Assembly: GCF_006345805.1 (NCBI RefSeq)
Contig: NW_021832985.1
Span: 1-64,000 of the forward strand
Reading direction: 5' to 3'
DNA: 64,000 bases
Source of the DNA: Octopus sinensis
Lineage: Eukaryota
In this document: positions 1 through 12,480 of the stretch, one piece after another
How the letters are laid out: each line of letters starts with the position of its first letter
Numbering within the stretch: position 1 is the stretch's first letter
The notes under the pieces: generated by a model
The model's input: the letters and a program-made list of their open reading frames with translations, nothing else
The model's database searches: none
What the model was told of the DNA's origin: nothing
Position numbers and translations under genes: made by a program

Positions 1-16
1 TATATATATATATATA

Positions 17-61
<45 letters not shown>

Positions 62-239
62 CATACACATACATACATACGTACATACATACATACATAC
101 ACACATACATACATACATACATGCATGGATGCATACATACATACATACATACATACATGCATGCATACATACATATATACATGCATGCACATACATACAT
201 CATACATACATACATACATACATACATACACACATATGT

Positions 240-404
240 ACGACGAGCTTCTTTCAGTGTCCGTCTACCAAATTCCCTTACACGGTTTTGGCCTGCCGAG
301 GTTATAATAGAAGACATTTGTGCAAGGTTCCATGCAGTGGGACTGAACCCGGAACCATGTGGTTGGAAAGCAAACTTCTTACAAACATCCATGTCTGCGC
401 CCAT
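240..404 (-). mobile_element. tRNA-derived SINE family A, 5' half
   Basis: Reverse match to the head of the full copy at 24525 (ggttccgggttcagtcccactgc...gaaagaagc). Confidence 0.8.
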
Positions 405-1530
405 AGCCACGCCTACTCCCAACTTGTTAATCATTCAGTCATACAGCGTATACACCAGTACTATTACAACGCAGCTAATGGCCTAGTGAACAATACCAGC
501 TTTAATTTTTTTTCTGTTGAGTGTCTAGTTACGACTACATAATTGTACATTATTCAATATGACCTTGTTTTATTTTTATTTTTAAAGCCAACAAGGTGTG
601 ATACGAGAGAAATTTAAATGATATTCACAGCAAATTGAGGGACCCGGTAGACGCACTCACATTGGCTCATGCTGTTGTTATCATTGTTATTTAAACTTCA
701 ACGTGATCCATGAACAATTGGACCTCTCGATAACACTTTTTCTAACTATAGTTTCTCCATCATTTTCCAGACATTATGCACCCCGGACAAAATATTCAGT
801 CTTTCCGATGTCTTTTTGAAAAGTGGTAATGAGTAATTTGAGGGTAAATTGACTGTTATTTCTAACAGGTATAAGTTAAACGACTCATGAAGGGTTTCGT
901 TAATAGCCAGCAACACAGAAGGAAAATAAAAAAAATTAAAACGGATACGTAATTAGAAAGGTTGTTTCTGACTTGACTCGCAAAAGCTATCTTTCAGAAG
1001 GTCGTTGCTATCTGAGAAAGTTGTAATTCAAAACACGGACAGGAAAGAAAATCCATCTATATAAAGGAAATTTGAATAATGTATAATTCGGTGGGGGAAG
1101 TGAAATATATGTTAAGATAACAAATAAATAAAATAAATAGATGAATAAAATGAATAAAATAAAATAAATGAAATTTGAAGTAAAACTAAAAGGTAAAGCA
1201 AAAAACAAAACGAAACCATTTGGATGTGTTTATAGTTTTTATGTCATTAAGATTGACGCACTTCTTAAAATAAAGAAATTGAACGCAGGAGTGGCCGAGT
1301 GGTAAAAAATACTAGGGTTTCTGAAATCAGGTCATCAGTGTTTAGGATCGCCCCTCTTTCGTTGTACCAGTTTGGTCAGGTATACTTATGCACCTTTAAT
1401 ATCATGTTAACAAGAACTTTGGGAAATAAATGAAATTTCAGAACCTTGAGCAAATGTTTTGTCCTAGGTCAAACACCTTATGGAGAAAAGAGCGCCATAG
1501 GCGCGTACACGCACTCACACACATGCACAC

Positions 1531-1583
<53 letters not shown>

Positions 1584-1589
<6 letters not shown>

Positions 1590-1785
1590 GATCGTTAGCC
1601 CCTACACGGAATTTTTTTTCTCTCCTTGTTTCTCTCCTTGTTTCTTTCTGTGTATCTTTCTGTCGAAGAGCGTAGTCTCGAAACGTAAAAGATTTGTTTT
1701 ATTTCTATTTCTGAGCACCATACTAATACATTGCTTGTTTGTACTCCACCTGCCTTCGTCTTTTGTTTATTTTCGTAAACCTTCC

Positions 1786-1788
<3 letters not shown>
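1584..1788 (+). mobile_element. ~200-bp TA-microsatellite-embedded repeat with hammerhead-like motif (probably Penelope-related)
   Basis: Second copy at ~10600-10790; partial reverse copies at ~12882-12922 and ~46580-46611. Shared ctgtcgaagag...ctcgaaac and cttcgtcttttg. Confidence 0.75.
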
Positions 1789-1819
<31 letters not shown>

Positions 1820-2002
1820 GAAGGGTAAAATTTATAATTAAATTAATTAATTATTAATTAATTAATTAACAATTCTACCAAGTAGATCGTACTTAAAATA
1901 ACCTTTATATGTAAAATTATCCACATAATTATAATTAGGGTTCAGCTAACCGCTTCAACCACATGTAGTGACGCAGTTAGCTGAACCCTAATTATAATTG
2001 TG

Positions 2003-2096
<94 letters not shown>

Positions 2097-2118
2097 TGTG
2101 TGTGTGTGGTGTGTGTGT

Positions 2119-2372
2119 AAAGGCGCGGGGCTTAGTGGTTAGAGTATTCGGCTCACGATCGCAAGGTGGGGAGTTCCATTCCCGGCGACGCGTTGTGTCC
2201 TTCAGCAAGCCTCTTTATTTCACGTTATTCCAGTCCACTCAGCTGGCAAAAATGAGTAGCAGCTGTATTTCAAAGGGCCAGCCCTGTGGCACTCTGTGTC
2301 TCGCTGAATCTCCCTGAGAACTACGTTATGGGTAAACGTGCCTGTGGAGCGCTCAGCCACATGTACGTTCTC
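2119..2372 (+). mobile_element. tRNA-headed SINE family D (core ttgtgtccttcagcaag...cagtccactcagctg, tail X)
   Basis: A-box ttagtggttag and B-box-like gagttccattc; reverse copy at ~4823-5050. Confidence 0.8.
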
Positions 2373-2608
2373 TTTATATATGTATGTATATATATATATA
2401 TATATATATGGTATAGGTATATCGGTAAATACGTGTACACACACACATACGCGCGCAGACACACATATATATGTATATAAGTACTTATACCTATATCTGT
2501 ATCTGTATATATGTATGTATCTATATATATATGCATATATATGTACTGTGTATGTATTTATGCATGTATGTATGTATGTATGTATGTATGTATGTATCTA
2601 TCTATCTA

Positions 2609-2674
<66 letters not shown>

Positions 2675-3273
2675 TATATGCATATGCGTACACACACACA
2701 CTCACACATATATACGTATAAATTTGTAGTGTAAACTATGGACCCATAGAATCTTGTAGCTATCACAGAAAGCTCCTCTAGTGAACCCGGCTAGCATATC
2801 ATCTGGGAATCCAATACGGAGGAGTATAATGTAGAATTCTATGCCGCTGAAATGCAGGAAAACCAGTCTAATATATCTTTCATGAGCAGTGTATACATAA
2901 TAAAAGTAGGGAGGCATGAGAGGTGACTATATTTATATAATCATTTGATATACGTAATAAATTCTGCATACAATTAATTATTTTAAATGTCTGTACCAAT
3001 ATCCATGCAACACATTGCGCAGTAGAATTGTATAATCACAGATCAATGCAGATATAGAAGGCCAGCTCTTCAGATCCCCAGAACATAATGGTTACACCAA
3101 TGTTTCAATTTTGCATATACATACAAAATTATTCTTTGCATATAAAATGCATGAAATACCCATAATTGATAAAATTAGATTGGTATTGCCAGTAAAGAAT
3201 AAATATAAATAATAAATATATTTATATGTTATCAAATAAGACGCTGGATCTAAGTTTAGGGGCTCGACCATCC

Positions 3274-3489
3274 TTAATCCTTTAGCATTCAAGGGTGATG
3301 GTTATTCATTCACATTGACTTGAAGCAATCGTGTACTATCTCATAGCTTTGGGATTTCGATGATGTGGTAACTTACTATTAGAATGACATTGTTGGGTAG
3401 GAGTGAGTGGCTTGATCTGGCTGGTTTCAACACAAATCCGGTAGGATATTTGGGTTGGATATGGCCAGTTTGAATATTAATAGGGTTAA
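3274..3489. mobile_element. piggyBac-like MITE relic
   Basis: TTAA at both ends; imperfect TIRs ttaatcctttagcattcaa / ttgaatattaatagggttaa. Confidence 0.45.
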
Positions 3490-3899
3490 TATAAACAAAA
3501 GACAAGAAAAGGATAGGAAAGGAAGTAAAATAGATTAGATTAAAAAAGCATTTTGAGTGTGTTTAAAAATATATACAAACAATAAAATAAAACTCGTATT
3601 GGTGTAGCTGTATATCTGTAACTTAGTGGTACGGCAAAATAGACAGATAGAATAAATATCTGGCTCTAAACAAATAGATAAACAGATACGTACTGGGGTC
3701 AATTCTTTAGACAAAACATTCAAAGCGGTGCCCCAGCTTGACCGCAGTCTGATGACTGAAGCAAGTAAAAGATAAAAGATAAAAGATATATATATATATA
3801 TATATGCACACATATACATTACTACGTAAATACACTCCCATAATAGATGCACTCCAATAATAGATCCACTCCCATAGTGAGAGTAGAATGATACGAATA

Positions 3900-4726
3900 C
3901 GAGGTTTGATCAGTAAGTATCCGGACTGGTGCTTTAGCAACGAAGCTAAAGCACGCAGAGTAAAGCTGCTTGACACAGATCTTGAACTCTGTTGCGCATG
4001 TGCACCACGTTTTAAAGTTCTAGCTCACTTCCGCTATTTACGACAGTGCTTGAAAGGAAGGTGTGTGATACTTGCAAGATGGTGATACTTGCTCACAGGC
4101 CTACACAAAGTTGCAGAAAGTGTATGGAGAGGAGCGTACGAGCAGCATACCAGTGTACGAGTGGTCCAAGCGTTTCCAAGATGGCAGAAAAATGTCTATA
4201 TTGATGAACGTTCTGGGAGATCTGCAGCCAGCAGAACTGACAAAAACATCGCAGATGTACGTGCAGCTGTGAGGGGAAATGGTCGAATCACAACCCGTGA
4301 GTTATCAGAGGATGTGAAGATTAGTTATAGTACAGTTCAGTTCAGTTCGTTATCCCTGAAGATTTAGGTATGAGACGCGTGTCTGCCAAGTTTGTGCCAA
4401 AAGAACACCCGGGTTTCAGTTGCACAAGATCTCGTAGATTGTGTCGAGAACGATGAAAACTTTTTGAAAACTTTGCGTAGTCCTCCGAGCAGTTATCGCC
4501 AAGCTTTTGGCAAAATTTGATGCAAATTCTCTGCATAATGCGACGATTACACGACACACACCTTCCTTCCAAGCATTGCTGTAAACAGCAGAAGTAAGCT
4601 AGAACGTTAAAACTTAGTGTGTATGCACAGCAATGTTTAAGGTCAATCTGTGCCAAGCAGCTTCCCTCTGCAGGCGTTAGCTTTGTCACTATAGCAACAA
4701 TCCGGATATTTATTGATCAGACCGCG
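3900..4726 (+). mobile_element. Internally deleted mariner with long inverted arms
   Basis: TA flanks; TIR cgaggtttgatcagtaagtatccgga vs tccggatatttattgatcagaccgcg. N-terminal transposase remnants VYEWSKRFQDGR, ITTRELSE, LGMRRVSAKFVPK. Confidence 0.88.
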
Positions 4727-4822
4727 TATAGGCACATTTAGCTGCACACACATCCATAGACACTGACACGAATAAGAGTCTGAACATGCATATATCTAAC
4801 ATGTCTATTTACACAATGTATC

Positions 4823-5050
4823 ACTGGCACTCCGTCGGTTGGGAGAATCTCAGGGAGATTCAGCATGACACAGAATGTGGCAAGACTAACCCTTTGATAT
4901 ACAGATACCACTCATTTTTGCAAGCTGAGTGGACTGGAGTAACGTGAAATGAAATGTCTTGCTGAAGGACACAACCCGTCGCCAGGAATGGAACTCACGA
5001 CCTCGCGATCGGAGCCGAATACCCTAACCACTAAGCCACGGGCCTTCACA
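4823..5050 (-). mobile_element. SINE family D (internally deleted tail X)
   Basis: Reverse match to 2119-2372. Confidence 0.8.
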
Positions 5051-5164
5051 TATACACAACCTATAGAAACACAAAACACACGTACACACACTGAAGCAGA
5101 TACATACATACTTATATTATATATATATATATATATATATGCATATATATATACATTTACGTAC

Positions 5165-5198
<34 letters not shown>

Positions 5199-5284
5199 TC
5201 ACTTAAGAATGCATATAATTAAATATATACACATGGACATCGGTATTGTTTAACAGAAAATGAGTTCTTCTCCAGTAAAAGGAC

Positions 5285-5666
5285 TAAGGACCTCATACCC
5301 CTCAAGCGACCCGTAATAAATTCCAGGAACTCGACGGAATCAAACTGACGCTGCACCCAGCATATAGTCCGAACCTAACTCTCTCGGATTATTACTTGTT
5401 TCGATCCATGTCTCCCCCCACCCTGCGCTCGCGATTCTTCATCAACCTAGAGGACGTGGAAGCCTCAGTGAAGGAGTTCTTCGCTTCGCTTCGTAGAACA
5501 AGAACTGGTGTCGGCGTGGGATCAAAGAACTGGCAGAAAGGTGGCGTGAGACAGTGCAATGCGATGACCCCCTTACTCTGATTGCTAGGCAGCTTTTGTT
5601 GCGATTTGACGAATAAAACAAATAAGTGAACAAAATATTGCATAACTTTTGACCGAACATAATGCG
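5285..5666 (+). mobile_element. Mariner transposase 3' fragment with right TIR
   Basis: HPAYSPNLTLSDYYLFRSM (YSPDLAPSDY motif), GIKELAERWRETV; end tgcataacttttgaccgaacataat resembles a mariner TIR. Confidence 0.85.
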
Positions 5667-6291
5667 CAAACGAATACCCAATCCTCTACAAAAATAAATC
5701 TGAGGCAAAGCGAACGAAATTAAGCAACAAACATAAATAACAACTGACACATTTTATTTACGAAAGTATCACATTTTACTCTCTTTGCTTCTATTGCCGT
5801 TCTTCGTCAGTCTCACTTTCAAACATATTCGAACATGCAGTGAGTGGAATGGAATGGAGTGTGGGGTGGGGGGGGGGGGTGGGGGTGGGGGTGGAGTGTG
5901 AAGTGTTGAGTGTGGAGTAGAGTCAACGTGGCGAAGAGAGTTGAGTTGGTTGTGTGAAATGGTGAAATGGGGTGACTGGAAAGAAACAAGTGTAGCGTGA
6001 GCCGAGTATAGCAAATTGAAATCAATGAATTAAATAAATTAGAATAGAGTTACTGGAGTGGAGTGAAAGAAACGAGTGGGGTGGGGGGGGTGGGGGTAGT
6101 GAATATGAGTGGTGTGCAGTAGAGTAAATTAAGTAGAGTGGAGTGTTATGGAATAGAATAGAGTTGAGGTGAGTACAGGAGTGGTGTGGGTAAGGATTTT
6201 GTAACTGGTGATTAATTAAATGGATAAAATATTTGTCCTCTAGTTTCGTTTCATAGATGTTCCATGACACAACAACAACAACAATAATAAT

Positions 6292-6508
6292 CTGTAGTTA
6301 TAGGTATATTAGGAACTATCTTTAAATATTTGAAAAGATAGAAGATGAAATAAGCATAAGACCTATCTCAATGCAACTCCAGAAAACAGCATTATTAGGA
6401 ACAGCTAGTGTGCTTTGGAAGGTTCTAGTTATCTAAGATTACTTCTTATAACTCGATGCTAGGAAGATTTTTTTGTCCAACAGGTCTAAACTGTTGTGCG
6501 TATATGAA
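6292..6508 (+). mobile_element. R4/Dong-type (RLE) LINE extreme 3' end
   Basis: VVIGILGTI...LQKTALLGTASVLWKVLVI*, short UTR, then (AAT)n. Confidence 0.8.
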
Positions 6509-6637
6509 ATAATAATAATAATAATAATAATGATAATAATGATAATAATGATAATAATGATAATAATGATAATAATGATAATAATGATAATAATGATAAT
6601 AATAATAATAATAATAATAATGATAATAATAATAATG

Positions 6638-6686
<49 letters not shown>

Positions 6687-6950
6687 TAATAATGATAATA
6701 ATGATAATAATGATAATAATGATAATAATGATAATAATGATAATAATGATAATAATAATAATGATAATAATAATAATAATGATAATAATGATAATAATGA
6801 TAATAATAATAATAATGATAATAATAATAATAATAATAATAATGATAATAATGATAATAATGATAATAATGATAATAATGATAATAATAATATATGATAA
6901 TAATAATAATAATAATAATAAAATAATAATATAAATAATAATAAATAATA

Positions 6951-6991
<41 letters not shown>

Positions 6992-7072
6992 TAATAATAA
7001 TAATAATAATAATGATATAATGATAATAATGATAATAATGATAATAATAATAATAATGATAATAATATAATA

Positions 7073-7105
<33 letters not shown>

Positions 7106-7122
7106 TAATAATAATAATAATG

Positions 7123-7186
<64 letters not shown>

Positions 7187-7195
7187 TAATAATGA
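6505..7195. repeat. (AAT/GAT)n compound microsatellite
   Basis: Direct inspection. Confidence 0.97.
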
Positions 7196-7698
7196 TTGGA
7201 AGTGTTATCATGTACATTGTTTTGTTTTGGTATAAAAGATGGGCTACAGCAAATATTCTGCTCAATACCACAGATTTGCTTGTCAGTTGTTTGACCTTAG
7301 CCAGTTGAGCATGTCCCTTAGTGGCTGACGATATGTGCATCTCTGATCACGAGCAGAAGTAGTGGGGGAGCATCATAGCCATGTGTTGAGAGGGATTCTT
7401 TGGGGTTTGAATAATTCACCTCTGGAAACATGGGTGGTTCTTTCAACATCCTTAAACAATCCTTATTCAGGGACCTTTTGAGCGGGATGGGCTACTCAAC
7501 CTGAAGAAAATTCTGATTGGGCCCCACCTGCAAGGTCATGTGCTGTTTATCTTGATATGAGATCACCATATCGCGCACATATGGTTGTGATGCATGTGCC
7601 TGGTATACCTTTATCAGACGGGTAGTCATGATGGGTATATTGGGCTTTGTATATTTTACCCCAGTGTCACTTTGATGGCATGCACTGCTCTCTCACTC
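7193..7698 (+). mobile_element. AAT-embedded non-coding element E, 5'-truncated copy
   Basis: Near-identical to 25019-25573 with the same 3' end (ctgctctctcactc + aat repeats). Confidence 0.88.
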
Positions 7699-7702
7699 AA
7701 TG

Positions 7703-7787
<85 letters not shown>

Positions 7788-7788
<1 letters not shown>

Positions 7789-8301
7789 GATGGTATAGGC
7801 ACACGCCAGAAAAGGTCACAGAAAACGAGAAAGCAACCATACTCTGGGATATTCCAATACACACAGATAGAAAAATTAAGGCCAATAGGCCAGATTTATA
7901 AGTGTCAGAGATCATGAAGAAAAAATGCTTTCTTATTATGTATCAATACCAGCAGATGAAAACGTTTCTCTAAAAGAAATGGAGAAACTTTCAAAATGCA
8001 AAGACCTTGAAATAGAGGTAACTCGAATGTGGAATCTAAAACCAAAAAATTCCTATCATAGTGGGCGCATTAGGTACGATAAAAAAATATTCAGACAAAT
8101 ACATAACAAAAACACCAGGACTTACAAATTTATATAACATACAGAAAATTGCACTACTGGGCACTGCACACATCCTGCGCAAAACGCTTTCAATACAGTA
8201 ACCATAAGAGCATCACAGCAAACCACAGTACATACCCAAGGCACACAGAGCTGCGCTCGGTAGTGAAGTGAAAGCACGCTATAAAAATAAAACTACTGAA
8301 T

Positions 8302-8303
<2 letters not shown>
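7788..8303 (+). mobile_element. R4/Dong-type LINE RLE domain and 3' UTR (frameshifted)
   Basis: RWYRHTPEKVTENEKATILWDIPIHTDRKIKANRPD...KDLEIEVTRMW...IPIIVGALG...IQKIALLGTAHILRKTL; (AAT)n on both sides. Confidence 0.9.
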
Positions 8304-8341
<38 letters not shown>

Positions 8342-8354
8342 CTAATAGTAATAA

Positions 8355-9060
8355 CACTGAAAAATGTATCACAAGTCGTTAAAACCTGCCATATACTCAT
8401 AAGAAGAGGAATTTTACAAGGAGACTTACTGCCACCCCTGCTTTTCTGCCGTGTTCTGACCCCACTAACAAACTTGTTAGATGAAACCTCCAAAGGCTAT
8501 AGATGTTATGCACAAACAACAAATCGTTTTCTATGCACGAATGATTAAAAGTTTTTCGCTAAAAATATCACGGGACAGAGACACCTTCTAGAAGTTGTCC
8601 ATAATTTCAGCAAGGACATCAGAATGTGCATGGGCCTGGACAAATGTGCCAAAATGATATTGAAAAGAAGCAAATTAATCAGGACCGAAAACACTGCACT
8701 CGACATAGACACAGAATCAGAGAATTAGACAACAATCGTCCATATAAATATCTAGGAAATGAAAGAGAAAATTAGAAGAGAGTATTACAGAGTTAGACTA
8801 ATATTAAACACTTAACTCAGTGCTAAAAATAAGATAATAGGAATAAACATGCTATCCATACCACCCAAACATTACAGCTTCAACATAATAAACTAGAAGG
8901 TTAGTGAATTGAGTAATTTTCATAGAAAAACTATTAACAGCATACCAAAGTCACCACTCCAAAGCAGACTGAATATACTCCGCTTAGAAAGCGGTTAAGC
9001 TTAGCACAAATAGAGAACTACTCTTTTACTCTTTTACTAATCCAAAATGTTAAAAAAGCT
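8355..9060 (+). mobile_element. Degraded non-LTR reverse transcriptase fragment (R4-like)
   Basis: IRRGILQGDLLPPLLFC, FSKDIRMCMGLDKCAK, YKYLG remnants with stops and frameshifts. Confidence 0.8.
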
Positions 9061-10059
9061 GCAATTGATCGCCAGAGACTGAGGTAGCACTTTGCAAAAC
9101 GATAAATAGACAGTGATGCTTCTTCAAAATTACTAAATCAATCTTATAATTGTTTATATCACCCTTTAGAATGTAAAAATCATTGAACTATAGTTCCCCT
9201 TGAAAACACAAAACGCTTCTCTTTGTAATTATTATCGTTCTAACATCTGTCTTTCTTAAAATATTAGTATATATAGCTAAGTCCCTTCTTGCAGATAGAA
9301 GTGAAACAAAAGATATATCAGGCATACATTTACATCTAGACATTCAGAAAGAAGTCTTACAACTTCGCTGTCGAAATAAATTTGGAAGTTAAAGTGCGAC
9401 AATACCCACAACCATATAATCACTCGGGCGTTTCTATAACGCTCATTATAATGTGCATTAATGGTTCCTTAAGTTGTAATCTATGTTTCTTGTGAGTTAG
9501 ACTCAATCAGAGACTTTCTTCAGCTTCAACTAAAATACCAAAATTAGTGTAATTTTGCAGATATATCCATGACTTTTTATTGGATTAATTTTCAACTATC
9601 AAAAGGCTAACCTATTCAGTCAACTTTGTAATAGATTTATCGTAGTCCGGAACATTATCATGTGTTTAAACCATATTTGTTTACTTTACAGCACCAACAA
9701 GAGCCACTTCCGTTTCATATGTGTGAGCTTTACGCGCTGTACTGAAAACATGGTAATTTCACGTCTATTATCATGGGTGCAGATGTGTTCTACGCATAAT
9801 GATAAGTAAATGAATGAACTACTCATTTTCCTTGTTCGACGACGTATCAAATCTTGATTAGGGTTTTCGAATATTTATATTTATATAGGGTTGCACTGCT
9901 TCCGTTCAGTCAGTCGTTGGAAATACTTAAGACAGCTACATGTGGTATTTACACAAACTCACGCACACACACATACACACACACACATACACACATGCAA
10001 TCACACACGCACACCCACCCAATCACCCACATACATCATACTTAAATGCAAATAAATAA

Positions 10060-10123
<64 letters not shown>

Positions 10124-10141
10124 GAATACACACATGCATAC

Positions 10142-10183
<42 letters not shown>

Positions 10184-10384
10184 CTCTCTCTCTCTATCTT
10201 TTTATCTGTCTGCCTATCTGTCTGTCTGTCAGCCTGCCTAGATAGATAGATAGATAGATGCGCACATACATACATACATACATACATACAACATACATAC
10301 ATACATACATACATACATACATACATACATACATACATACATAATACATACACACATACATACATATTATTGTGTGTTGATGTA

Positions 10385-10940
10385 TATTCTTTTATTCTCT
10401 AGTTTCAGTCACCTGACTGCGGCGAAGCTTTAGTTGAACGAACCGACTTCAGGATTTATTCTTTGTAAGCCTAATACTTACTTTATAGGTTTGTTTTGCC
10501 GAACCGCGAAGTTACGGGGAGGTTAACACACCAACATTGGTTGTCGAGCGATTATGGAGGGATAAACACTGACATTTCAAACATATATGTATATTTGCCA
10601 TGATAGATCGCTAACCACTAAACCTTTTTCTGTTTTCTCGCCCAGTTTATTTCTGTGTGCTTTTCTGTCGAAGAGCCTAGGCTCGAAACATAAAAGACTT
10701 TCTCACTTGCCGAGCGTTAAACTAATACATTTGTTTATTCTTTACGCACCCATCTTCGTCTTTTGCTTTTTTTGTAAATTCTCACTTTTAGTTTCCGTCT
10801 ACCAAATCCACTCACAAGGCTTTGGTCGACCCGAGGCTATAGAAGAAGACACTTGCCCAAGATGCCACACAGTGGGACTGAACCCGAAACCATGTGGCTG
10901 GGAAGCAATGTTCTTACCACAGTGTTACGCCTGCGCCTAT
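10385..10940 (-). mobile_element. SINE family A interrupted by the hammerhead-like repeat (~10600-10790, +)
   Basis: Both halves of family A flank the insert. Confidence 0.85.
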
Positions 10941-11077
10941 ATATTTATATATATATATATGTATATATATATACACACACACACACATAAGTATGTATAC
11001 ATACACACATACACACATGCACACATACATATATACATATATATATACACACACTTACACACACACACACATACACG

Positions 11078-11112
<35 letters not shown>

Positions 11113-11496
11113 CTGCGCACACATACACACGTATTCGTACGCATACATATATGTGTGTATATGCAAAAATTATATTAACAACAAACAGATCAACAATAAC
11201 AACTTGAGTTCTTTTAGGAACTTTGGTTAAAGAAAAAAAAATCCACCGAAAACAATGCAGATTACGTCTTTAAGAGGTTATGTGCCATTCGCAGACGATC
11301 ACATATCGGGGAGTTGGGGACCACACTCATGAAAGGAGGCTTCTGGGTAATAGTGACATCTCTCCATTGAGAGTGATGACCTCAACAATGACACATAATA
11401 TTTAAGTGACCAGTTGGGAGACATGGGGGTGGGCAAAGCACTTAAGAAATGCCAGGCGGATTTCATAGTAACTACGACTTGCAAACAATGCAAGTC

Positions 11497-11550
<54 letters not shown>

Positions 11551-11576
11551 TATTATTATTATTATTATTACTATTA

Positions 11577-11642
<66 letters not shown>

Positions 11643-11864
11643 GTAGTAGTAGTAGTAATTTTACAAAGTAAGACTTTAGCATCGTTAATCGTAGTTTTCC
11701 ACAGAAGCAATATCGCTGGTTTATTACATTTCTGATAGCGAGAATAACAAACCTCTACACTGTTCACAATATTCAATAACAAAATTCAATAACAAAATGA
11801 GGTGCTAAGCCTCTTACCAAACTCGGAACTTTCAATAACACTGAGGCTTTTCAACCTCTTATCA

Positions 11865-12480
11865 CTATTCCTCCTCAACATCACTTGTGCCCGCATACTC
11901 CGCTATCACCCACGCCTTATTCAAGATCAAAGCGGGTGCCGTATCGGCGTCGCCCGGGTACAAGCGATATTCCTCATTGAGTCCCTTCAGCCTATTCTTC
12001 ACAGGCAACGTCATGACCTCCACAGCTATCTGCGGAGGCCATTCGGGATCCTGCGTGCAAGCTAAAGGTGCTCCCTTATGGTGCTTTCCCATCACCTTTT
12101 CTACCTCACCGCCTCTATAGAAGAAGATCAATAATTCGTCTTCCTCCGGGGGCGGGATATCCAATTCTACCGTTGGCGGCACAGTTCCCGCCAACGGTGT
12201 CTCTTCCCCTGCCGGTGGCACTACCCGGCAATGTCCCGTTTCTCTTCCTCTTCCTCTTTTTTACTTTTTAAATGAGGGAGGGTGCGTCTCCTCCGTGACC
12301 GGGAGATTCGCATCCCCTTCCTCATCCCTAAGATCCTTCGGTGAGCACCCATTGTTGCTCACCTTCTTCCTCTTGCGGCCCTTCTTTGATGAATCCTCCG
12401 CCTCCTCGGCCGCCTTCATTGCCTCTTCTACAGAGGTTTCAATCAACTGCTCCAGGACCTTACTTTGTTCCTGGGGACAG
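11865..12480 (-). pseudogene. Orphan GC-rich ORF relic (~205 codons, one in-frame TAA), probably retroelement- or virus-derived
   Basis: Track ORFs 12261-12446 and 11865-12221 are in the same frame, separated by one TAA; ends TAG TGA TAA; AATAAA and a (TAC)/(TAA)n tail downstream. Confidence 0.5.
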
